Source: Dehalococcoidia bacterium
GTDB lineage: Bacteria > Chloroflexota > Dehalococcoidia > Lucifugimonadales > Australimonadaceae
Direction: 5' to 3'
DNA length: 64,000 bases
NCBI GenBank assembly: GCA_965220225.1
Contig: OZ244813.1
Span: forward strand, 1,955,385-2,019,384
Within the stretch, counting starts at the first letter, position 1. Each line of letters opens with the position of its first letter. Position numbers and translations under genes: made by a program. The notes under the pieces were generated by a model. That model was not told the origin of the DNA. It ran no database searches and worked only from the letters and a program-made list of their open reading frames with translations. This document shows positions 37,029 through 44,597 of this stretch, one piece after another.

Positions 37029-37447
37029 TCATGACGAACAGAAAGGTGTTCATCTCGTTCGACCATGAGGGAGACATGCTTGAGGTGCTGTGGGGGCATC
37101 GCGAGGGGTACTTCACTCCCACTGACGACGAGCGCATCCTCAAGCGCCTCGACGACGACGGCGAGGTGATGGGGTTCCTCATCCACGAGATGAGCACACT
37201 CAGGGAGTCCAACTCCGTCGAGTTCGAGCTGGTGTCCGAGGTGCCCACTGATGATGTCGCCAACGTCACTGTCCGAGAAGCGGCTAACCGGCTGGGCGTG
37301 TCAGAACGCAGGATCCGCAAACTGGTTCGGGAGGGCAGGGTGCGCGGAGCGACCAAAAGCGGAGCCGATTGGCTGATTCCAACACCGGTCGAGTTGATTC
37401 CGGGAAAGCGGGGTCCCGTGGGGGTTGCGGGGCGGATCGACTCGTAA
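37025..37447 (+). CDS. DUF2283-like domain fused to a MerR/excisionase-type HTH (putative antitoxin)
   Basis: ISFDHEGDMLEVLWG...DDDGEVMGFLI matches the DUF2283 pattern. C-terminal VTVREAANRLGVSERRIRKLVREGRV is an HTH. Start overlaps the upstream stop (GTGA). Confidence 0.6.
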   Translation: MIMTNRKVFISFDHEGDMLEVLWGHREGYFTPTDDERILKRLDDDGEVMGFLIHEMSTLRESNSVEFELVSEVPTDDVANVTVREAANRLGVSERRIRKLVREGRVRGATKSGADWLIPTPVELIPGKRGPVGVAGRIDS

Positions 37448-37576
37448 AGGGGAACCAAGGGCTACTGTACTGCGAACTCTTCGGTTGGAGGTGGAACTGT
37501 AATCCAAGGAGTATGAGGCTTCGGCCTGCCCCAACTACTACGTCCGCCTAAACACCCATCGCGGCTTGGCCGGAGG

Positions 37577-37800
37577 TTGGACTGCGCATCAAGCCTGCCC
37601 AGGTTGCCGCGAACTGGTCCAACGCCGTCTACAGGTTTTCGACGATCTTCTTCCGGCAGCGCCTTCGGCTCCGGGAGTGACGCGGCGTCCTCGACTCTCT
37701 CGTCGCGCAACCAGGTGATGTCCAGGTTGACCTTGTCGCGCTTGATGAGGTCGCCGTAGGAGAACGAGTGGAAGTGCCCGTCTCCTGCCGCTCGTAGCGG
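37577..37800 (-). pseudogene. hsdM: 3'-terminal remnant of a type I restriction-modification methylase gene (hsdM) with stop and frameshift
   Basis: Minus strand reads FHSFSYGDLIKRDKVNLDITWLRDERVEDAASLPEPKALPEE, then after a frameshift IVENL-TAG-TALDQFAA. This is the conserved HsdM C-terminus; the ~450 aa N-terminal part is missing. Confidence 0.65.
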
Positions 37801-37828
37801 TTGGGGGGGTTGTAGCACGCCACGAATA

Positions 37829-38714
37829 GTTGTGGATAGCGGGCAGGCGTCATTCAGTTACAATCGACAGCCCGGATCACTACGACCACCTAAGTTGTGG
37901 ATAGCGGGCAGGCGTCATTCAGTTACACTTTCGCGGTTGGCGAGGTGCCGGACCGTGGGGTTGTGGACAGCGGGTAGGCGTCATTCAGTTACACTATACG
38001 ACGCCTCCCCCGGAGACGGAGCAAGTTGTGGACAGCGGGTAGGCGTCATTCAGTTACACTCAGACGAGCCATCGAGACCGCCAGGAGCAAGTTGTGGACA
38101 GCGGGTAGGCGTCATTCAGTTACACTGCAGGCCTTTCGTACGATGGCCGCTCTTCCGTTGTGGACAGCGGGTAGGCGTCATTCAGTTACACTGTCGTGCA
38201 CAGGTTGGCTCTTCCAGTGCGGTTGTGGACAGCGGGTAGGCGTCATTCAGTTACACTACTGCGGTGAGGCCTGATATTCGGGTCTAGTTGTGGACAGCGG
38301 GTAGGCGTCATTCAGTTACACTAGGGCCGCACATGCACTGATAGCGAGACTGTTGTGGACAGCGGGTAGGCGTCATTCAGTTACACTTAGGCCGATCTGC
38401 GATCGGCTGAAACGGACGTTGTGGACAGCGGGTAGGCGTCATTCAGTTACACTTCGCCCCCGGCGGTCTCGATGGCTCGTCTGGTTGTGGACAGCGGGTA
38501 GGCGTCATTCAGTTACACTAGGGCCGTACATGTACTGACAGTGAGACGGTTGTGGACAGCGGGTAGGCGTCATTCAGTTACACTGACTATGCGGTCTATT
38601 CGTCCACCACCCTGTTGTGGACAGCGGGTAGGCGTCATTCAGTTACACTTACTCCTTCTTCTTCTCGCCCTCTTTGCGGTTGTGGACAGCGGGTAGGCGT
38701 CATTCAGTTACACT
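37829..38714. CRISPR. CRISPR array: 14 x 36-bp repeats and 13 spacers of 29-30 bp; no cas genes in the window
   Basis: Consensus GTTGTGGACAGCGGGTAGGCGTCATTCAGTTACACT. Repeat starts: 37829, 37894, 37960, 38025, 38091, 38157, 38222, 38287, 38352, 38418, 38484, 38549, 38614, 38679. The first two repeats carry 3 and 2 substitutions; the other 12 are identical. Confidence 0.97.
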
Positions 38715-38748
38715 AGCTGCGCAGCGCTCCCAGCGGGCCTGCCGAACG

Positions 38749-38776
38749 AGCCCCGGGTTCCCGGGGCTGTTCTTTT
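38749..38776 (+). terminator. Intrinsic terminator-like hairpin plus T-tract 35 bp after the last repeat
   Basis: AGCCCCGG-GTTC-CCGGGGCT (8-bp perfect stem) followed by GTTCTTTT on the plus strand. Confidence 0.55.
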
Positions 38777-39244
38777 GAAGGGGCGGAGGGGCCTCGAGAC
38801 ACCATTAGATTCTCTCCCCTGAGAAGTAGCAGCTATCTCGCGCTTGAGGCTAGCGCGCCAGCGCCGCGAACCAAGTGTCGACCATCGCTGGCAGAGGCCA
38901 TCGCGAGTTTGCTGCAATTGGCAGTGCTCGGCGCGATAGGAGATGTGGCAGCTGACACGCGGGATACAATCCAATCGGCTGGAGAGTTGAAGAACGGCAT
39001 CAAGACTGTTGCGGTCGCCGTAGTAATTCCCATGGTCGATCGTCGCCGCCAGAGGACAAGAGGTTTGCGTCGCTCAGTTGCGGATTGCGACCCGGTGGCT
39101 GTGCCATCCGCTGGGCTTCGAACGAACATGGCCAAGCTTCTTCCACAGGGCGAGCTGAGGACCAGTCGCGTACCGCTTGACCTACGAAAGCCTGTTCTTG
39201 CATGATGCAGGGTATGACCCAATACGACCTCAGGCAGGACAATC

Positions 39245-39436
39245 ATGCCTAGGAACAGAAAGGCCATCACCTTCTCGCTACCCCCTGAGATGGAGGAGAA
39301 GGTCAGACAGTTCATTCAGGAGGAGGATCGCACGATGAGCGAGTTCTTGCGCGAGGCGATTCGCCTCTACATGGAAGAGCAGGAATGGCTGCGGCAGCAG
39401 CGCCAGCGGCGGTCTGAGGCCCGCCGGAACCGCTAG
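39245..39436 (+). CDS. Ribbon-helix-helix (CopG/RHH) protein, possible regulator or directionality factor
   Basis: KAITFSLPPEMEEKVRQFIQEEDRTMSEFLREAIRLYMEE is a typical RHH pattern. Lies 23 bp upstream of the recombinase gene. Confidence 0.7.
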   Translation: MPRNRKAITFSLPPEMEEKVRQFIQEEDRTMSEFLREAIRLYMEEQEWLRQQRQRRSEARRNR

Positions 39437-39459
39437 CGATTGGAAAGGAGGACGCACTG

Positions 39460-41199
39460 GTGGATCAGCACACCGACTACATGCCGGCGGCCCTGTACGC
39501 CAGGGTCTCCAGCGACAGGCAGGACGTGGACCTGTCTGTGTCCGCTCAGCTGAGGGCACTGAGGGACTACGCCGAGAAGAATGGGTACCTCGTCGCCCGC
39601 GAGTACGTGGACGAGGCCGAGAGCGGCCGCATCGCCGACCGGCCGGAATTCCGCAAGATGATCGACGAGGCTGCCAAGCCCGACGCGCCCTTCCGGGAGA
39701 TACTGGTCTGGAAGTTCTCCCGCTTCACGCGCAAGCGCGAGCACGCGGTCGCCTTCAAGTCGATGCTGCGCAAGAAGGGCATCAGGGTCGTCTCTATCAC
39801 CGAGCACGCCGACGATACGCCGACAGGCAAGCTGATGGAGGCGATCATCGAGAGCGTGGACGAGTTCTACTCGGAGAACCTTGCGCAGGAGGTCATGCGG
39901 GGGATGCGCGAGTCCGCCTCGCGCGGCTTCTGGATGCCCTCGATGGCGCCCTACGGCTACCGGAAGGTGCACGTGCAGGACGGAGCGAAGAAGCGCCCCA
40001 CCCTGGAAACCGTCGAGGGCCCGGCCAGCGTGGTCAAGCGGATATTCGACATGGCGGAGGCCGGGACTGGGATGATACAGATCGTCCGGGCCCTCAACGG
40101 CGAGGGGATCGCCAGCCCCGCAGGCAAGCTCTGGTCGAAGACGGCGATCCACAACATGCTGAAGAATGAGGCGTATACGGGGACACTGGTCTGGGGCACG
40201 AATGCCAAGGACAAGGCAGGCCCGGTGCGTGTGGAGCATGCGTTCCCCGGCATCGTCTCCAAGGCCCAGTTCGGCCGCGTGAATCGGCTGATGCGCTCCC
40301 GTGCGCCCGCAGTGACCCATCCCCGCCGGGTCGGGAGCACCTACCTGCTCAGTGGACTGGTCAAGTGCAAGGCGTGCAACAGGGCGTTCAGCGGGCATGA
40401 TGCCAAGAGCGGCCGGTTCTCCTACTACGTGTGCCAGTCCATCATGAAGCATGGCAAGGATGCGTGCGATTCACCGCGGATCAACGCGAGATGGTTCGAG
40501 GAGATGATCGTCGGCAAGATCCGCTCCAACATCCTGACCGATAGCAACATCCGGGCACTGGTGAAGGTCGTGGACGAGCAGATGGATGGCGTGGCGAGTG
40601 AGCAGCGCAAGCGGCTCGAGACCATCGATGATGAGCTCGAGGACGTGAAGCGGAAGCTGCGCCGAATCTGGCAGTTCATAGAGAACACGGGGATAGACAT
40701 GGCCGACGCCTCGGAACGCATCCAGGAGCACCGCGAGCGGCAGCGGCGGCTTGAGGCTTCGGCGGCTGAGGCGAGGGCGATCCTCGCCCAGCGCAGGGAA
40801 GCCCTGGACGACGTGGAGACGATAGCGGCCTACGCGCAGGACATGAGCGAGTTTCTGAAGGACAGCGAGTTGACGGAGCGCAGGGCCTTCATAGAGACCT
40901 TCGTCAAGGAGATTGTCGTCATGCCCGGGAAGGCCGTCGTCCGGTACACCGTGCCCATGCCGGACGATAGCCCCATCCCGGGGGGCAAGGCCGAGGATAT
41001 GGCCTTGAACGGCTCGGTTCTGTCTACCGTCACATCAGGTCCACCACCCTTGGGTCTTGATCGCGAACCGTTCGCCGAAAAGCGCAGTCTCCCAGTGGAG
41101 GCGCTCAGGGAGCCCGTCCAGGGACAACAGCGGCTGCGTGAAGGGACTGACAAGTCCTCCTCATTGCCGGGAGGCAACACGCCGTCAGCGCAACTATAG
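39460..41199 (+). CDS. Large serine recombinase (integrase)
   Basis: Resolvase catalytic domain ALYARVSSDRQD...SVSAQ. Recombinase domain. Zinc ribbon CKACNRAFSG...YYVCQS...CDS. C-terminal coiled coil. Confidence 0.9.
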   Translation: MDQHTDYMPAALYARVSSDRQDVDLSVSAQLRALRDYAEKNGYLVAREYVDEAESGRIADRPEFRKMIDEAAKPDAPFREILVWKFSRFTRKREHAVAFKSMLRKKGIRVVSITEHADDTPTGKLMEAIIESVDEFYSENLAQEVMRGMRESASRGFWMPSMAPYGYRKVHVQDGAKKRPTLETVEGPASVVKRIFDMAEAGTGMIQIVRALNGEGIASPAGKLWSKTAIHNMLKNEAYTGTLVWGTNAKDKAGPVRVEHAFPGIVSKAQFGRVNRLMRSRAPAVTHPRRVGSTYLLSGLVKCKACNRAFSGHDAKSGRFSYYVCQSIMKHGKDACDSPRINARWFEEMIVGKIRSNILTDSNIRALVKVVDEQMDGVASEQRKRLETIDDELEDVKRKLRRIWQFIENTGIDMADASERIQEHRERQRRLEASAAEARAILAQRREALDDVETIAAYAQDMSEFLKDSELTERRAFIETFVKEIVVMPGKAVVRYTVPMPDDSPIPGGKAEDMALNGSVLSTVTSGPPPLGLDREPFAEKRSLPVEALREPVQGQQRLREGTDKSSSLPGGNTPSAQL

Positions 41200-41259
41200 C
41201 CGGATTGAGCAGATTCTTCGTTCGCACTAAGTTAACAACAGCATGTATATTTATCGGCT

Positions 41260-42348
41260 ATGAGCGGGACTTCCACCGAGGGCACCTCTTGTCGTTCCGG
41301 CACGAGCGCGCGCTCGGAAGGCCAGGGACAGTGGTCCATCTACGCCCGGCTCGCTCTGGCGGCCGCAGCACTGACCACGGCAGTCATCGCGCTCCCGGGT
41401 TGCGGGAAGGACGACAGCACCCTCACTGTCTACTCCGGGCGAACACAGAGCCTCGTGCACCCCTTGCTCGAATCGTTCACCGAGGAGACAGGCACGCCCA
41501 TAGAGGTCAGGTATGCGGGTAGCTCAGCGATCGCGTCCACGATCCTCGAGGAAGGAGACAACACGCCGGCAGATGTGGTGTTCCTTCAGGACCCGGGTTC
41601 ATTGGGCGTCCTCGCGCAAGCGGGTTTCCTGGAGCAACTGCCGGAGGAACTTCTCAACAAGGTGGACAGCAGGTTCCGCTCACCGCAGGGGGAATGGGTA
41701 GGCACATCCGGCCGTGCACGTACGATCGTCTACAACACCTCCGTCATCGATCCTGAGACGGACCTGCCGGACTCGATACTGGACTTCGTTGACGATGAAT
41801 GGAAGGGGCGTGTCGGCTGGGCGCCGCTCAATGGTTCATTCCAGGCATTTGTGACGGGGCTTCGGGTACAGTGGGGAGAGGCCGTGACTCGAAAATGGCT
41901 TGAAGACATGAGAGACAACGACGCCCAAGCCTACCTCAACAACACCTCGACCGTGGCAGCAGTAGCGCGCGGTGAGGTGGATGTAGGGTTCGTGAACCAC
42001 TACTACCTTGAGCGCTTCCTCGAGGAGGAGGGACCTGGTTTCCGCGCTCGCAACTACTTCCTTGGGGAAGGAGACCCCGGCGCCCTCGTGCTGGTGGCCG
42101 GAGCAGCCATCCTGAAGCAGACGAACAATAGCGAGGCTGCGGAGCGCTTCATCGAATACCTCTTGTCAGAGGAAGCCCAGCGGTACTTCGCCGAGGAAAC
42201 CAAGGAGTACCCATTGGCCGCAGGGGTCCAACCCGAGGGAGACGTCCCCTCACTGGAGTCGCTGGACCCCCCGGACGTGGACCTGGGCAACCTTAGCGAC
42301 CTCCGGGGCACGCAAGCGCTGCTGCGCGATGTTGGCCTTCTCCAGTGA
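41260..42348 (+). CDS. ABC-type periplasmic solute-binding lipoprotein, Fe(III)/FbpA-AfuA-like; no permease or ATPase adjacent
   Basis: Lipobox IALPGCGKDD. LTVYSGRTQSLVHPLLESFTEETGTPIEVRYAGS and VVFLQDPG are typical of iron(III)-type SBPs. Confidence 0.7.
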   Translation: MSGTSTEGTSCRSGTSARSEGQGQWSIYARLALAAAALTTAVIALPGCGKDDSTLTVYSGRTQSLVHPLLESFTEETGTPIEVRYAGSSAIASTILEEGDNTPADVVFLQDPGSLGVLAQAGFLEQLPEELLNKVDSRFRSPQGEWVGTSGRARTIVYNTSVIDPETDLPDSILDFVDDEWKGRVGWAPLNGSFQAFVTGLRVQWGEAVTRKWLEDMRDNDAQAYLNNTSTVAAVARGEVDVGFVNHYYLERFLEEEGPGFRARNYFLGEGDPGALVLVAGAAILKQTNNSEAAERFIEYLLSEEAQRYFAEETKEYPLAAGVQPEGDVPSLESLDPPDVDLGNLSDLRGTQALLRDVGLLQ

Positions 42349-42402
42349 GAGACTCCGAACACCGAAGAGAGCGCTGCTGCTACACAGCGTGGTGAGGGGA
42401 CC

Positions 42403-43785
42403 ATGACAACCGGGAAGACGGGAATAGCGCCGCGGCGGATCGCCATCGTGGGCGGGGGCGTCTCGGGGCTCGGCGCTGCCTGGGCGCTCCATCATCACCC
42501 GGACCGCTTCGATTTCCGGCTGTTCGAGGCCCAGGAACAGATCGGCGGCAACGCGGTTACAGTCGATATGCCGCAAGACGACGGCAGTTCGATCCCTTTC
42601 GACATCTCCGTCACCGCCTGCATCCCCTCGGTGTACCACCACATCCTGCTGCTGATGCAGAAGTTCGGCATCGATCTGGTCGATACCAGGTTCAGCTACA
42701 GCGTGATGTACGGTGGCCACGTATACGCCCACGACCTCGATTCCGACATCAGGGAGCAGTTGCAGCCCGAGATCGCGAAGTTCCAGAAGCTCTTGAGACG
42801 GCTGCGCTGGTTCGGTGGGCTCACTCGTTCCCAGTCAAAGTTCCTGAACGCACTCAACCCGTTCAACTACATCAGTATGGGCACGCTGCTGAACCTGGGG
42901 GGATTCTCCGGAGACTTCCGATACAAGGTACTGAAGCCCATGTTCGTCAATTTCCTCATGGCGACGAACGTGTTCGATATGCCCGCAGCGCTCTTCTCGA
43001 GGTATCTCGAGTTCTTCGATATCGAGAAGGCTACTCCCATGCAGACGTGGGACCAGGGGACGAGGCGCGTCTACGAGAACCTGTCAGCCAACTTCCGCGA
43101 CAAGATCTACCTGAACAGACCTGTTCGCAAAGTGTACCGGCGAACGGATAGCGTCGTTGTCGAGGACCAGGATAGTGTGCAAGAGACGTTCGACGACGTG
43201 ATATTCGCATGTAACGCGAACCAGACGCTGATGATCCTGGACGAACCCACGTTTCTCGAACGCTACATCCTCTCGTCGATACGTTACGAGAGTGAACTGC
43301 ACAACCACACGGTCGTTCACTCTGACTCGTCTGTTCTTCCAGACAACGAAGTGAAGGCCTTGACCACACGGAGCAACCACATAGAACAGTACGGCGCACG
43401 GCCGGACAACTATGAGATCACGTACATCATGCACAACCAGCAGCCATGGGCCAGCCGGTCCGACAAACCCTGCCTGGTGACCTACAACCCGATCAGCCCC
43501 ATCGATGAAAGAAAGATCGTCAAGAAGTGGTGGTTCCAGCACATCGTCCATGACGTGCGTCACGTCGTACTGCTCGTTAACCTGTTCCGCTGCATCCAGG
43601 GCAAGAGGCGAACGTGGCACTGTGGAGCTCATACCCTGGTCAACAGCCAGGAGACCTGCTTCGTCTCCGGGCTCGCCACTGCGAGACAGATTGGCGCCGA
43701 ATACCCCTTCGACGATCCTGCGGCGAAGCGGTCGTTCAACTACTACGGGAGCATCATGTACGGCTGGCGCTTCAGGAAGGCGTAG
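42403..43785 (+). CDS. FAD/NAD(P)-binding oxidoreductase (amine-oxidase-like fold)
   Basis: N-terminal dinucleotide motif IAIVGGGVSGLGAAWAL...FEAQEQIGGN. Confidence 0.75.
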   Translation: MTTGKTGIAPRRIAIVGGGVSGLGAAWALHHHPDRFDFRLFEAQEQIGGNAVTVDMPQDDGSSIPFDISVTACIPSVYHHILLLMQKFGIDLVDTRFSYSVMYGGHVYAHDLDSDIREQLQPEIAKFQKLLRRLRWFGGLTRSQSKFLNALNPFNYISMGTLLNLGGFSGDFRYKVLKPMFVNFLMATNVFDMPAALFSRYLEFFDIEKATPMQTWDQGTRRVYENLSANFRDKIYLNRPVRKVYRRTDSVVVEDQDSVQETFDDVIFACNANQTLMILDEPTFLERYILSSIRYESELHNHTVVHSDSSVLPDNEVKALTTRSNHIEQYGARPDNYEITYIMHNQQPWASRSDKPCLVTYNPISPIDERKIVKKWWFQHIVHDVRHVVLLVNLFRCIQGKRRTWHCGAHTLVNSQETCFVSGLATARQIGAEYPFDDPAAKRSFNYYGSIMYGWRFRKA

Positions 43786-43844
43786 CGCTGAATGCTCCTG
43801 AGGGTGCTTGCCCGGCGTCTTTTCCGGGTGGTACCGTGCGTCAC

Positions 43845-44597
43845 ATGATGATGGCACTCGCTCCATCTATCCGAACGGCAGTGGGTCGCAGATTGTCGAT
43901 CAGCGTGCTGGCGTTGGGGTTCCTCTTCCTGGCAGCCGCGTGTGAATCGGAACCCACGCCGACCCCTGAGTTGTCGGTGGATGAGGTGCTTTCCGGTGCG
44001 GCGGAAGAATTGGCTGCACTGTCGACGGCGAAATTCCAGATGACTGACGAGATGGAATCAGGAGCGAAGTTCTTCGAGATGACTCTGAAGAGCGTGGAAG
44101 GAGAAGTCAAAACCCCCGACAGCTTCAGGATGCTGGTGGAGTTGGTGAACCCCGGTCTTGGATTCGTGGAGGTCGGAATGCTGGCGGTCGGGGACCAGGC
44201 GTACATGCAGTTCTCCGCGGACGCTCCGTGGCTCCCCCTGCCGCTGGACCAGGTACCCTTCAACTTCGGAGGGATAGGCGTTACCTTGAGCGAGATACTG
44301 CCCAGAATCAAGAACGCAGAGATCACAGGCCGGGAGTCTGTAGAAGGCGGGCGGGCGGTTCGTATAGACGGGGATATCGTCTCTGAGGATATGTCCGGTC
44401 TCATCACGGATGTGGCCTCCGGCCATGCGATCACGTTGTCCGTGTGGATCGACGAGGTCTCGCATGCCCTGCGTCAGCTCAGGATAGACGGCAGGCTCTA
44501 CGATGAAGATGCGCCGGAGACGACGCGGCTGGTGATCATCAGGGACATCAACTCCCCTGTCGATATCCAACTTCCAGAGACAGCCTCAGGGTCGTGA
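43845..44597 (+). CDS. LppX/LprAFG-family (LprG-like) lipid-binding lipoprotein
   Basis: Start MMMALAP... with lipobox FLAAAC. The body resembles the LppX_LprAFG fold pattern. 4-nt overlap with the downstream MFS gene, as in lprG-p55. Confidence 0.6.
   Translation: MMMALAPSIRTAVGRRLSISVLALGFLFLAAACESEPTPTPELSVDEVLSGAAEELAALSTAKFQMTDEMESGAKFFEMTLKSVEGEVKTPDSFRMLVELVNPGLGFVEVGMLAVGDQAYMQFSADAPWLPLPLDQVPFNFGGIGVTLSEILPRIKNAEITGRESVEGGRAVRIDGDIVSEDMSGLITDVASGHAITLSVWIDEVSHALRQLRIDGRLYDEDAPETTRLVIIRDINSPVDIQLPETASGS

Larger units (their letters stand above)
6981..41199. mobile_element. Integrative conjugative element (ICE), ~34-35 kb; exact ends not resolved
   Basis: Contiguous block with VirB4, coupling ATPase, VirB2/VirB6/PrgI-like proteins, Replic_Relax relaxase, primase, SSB, RadC, DUF2958 and methyltransferase. 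A large serine recombinase is the last gene. Flanks on both sides are unrelated chromosomal-type genes. Confidence 0.75.

Noticed and set aside
37809-37828. GTTGTAGCACGCCACGAATAG immediately before repeat 1, as a further partial repeat
   Set aside because: Only about 10 of 21 positions match the repeat, and there is no intervening spacer. It cannot be distinguished from chance.
37832-38538. ORFs 37832-38239, 38026-38274 and 38353-38538, which encode reiterated LWTAGRRHSVTL peptides
   Set aside because: They are simply translations across the CRISPR repeats; the periodic peptide comes from the 36-bp repeat.
37829-38714. Self-targeting of this window by any of the 13 spacers
   Set aside because: I found no match to ICE or flanking sequence by eye, including the encoded peptide strings GRTCTDSET, VSLSVHVRP, APGGLDGSS and DEPSRPPGA. 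This needs a computed alignment, so it is recorded as not supported rather than excluded.
38941-38970. Possible extra degenerate CRISPR repeat (GATGTGGCAGCTGACACGCGGGATACAAT) 226 bp beyond the last repeat
   Set aside because: Only the ends (GxTGTGG and ATACAAT) resemble the repeat. The middle does not align and the length is wrong, so this is likely chance.
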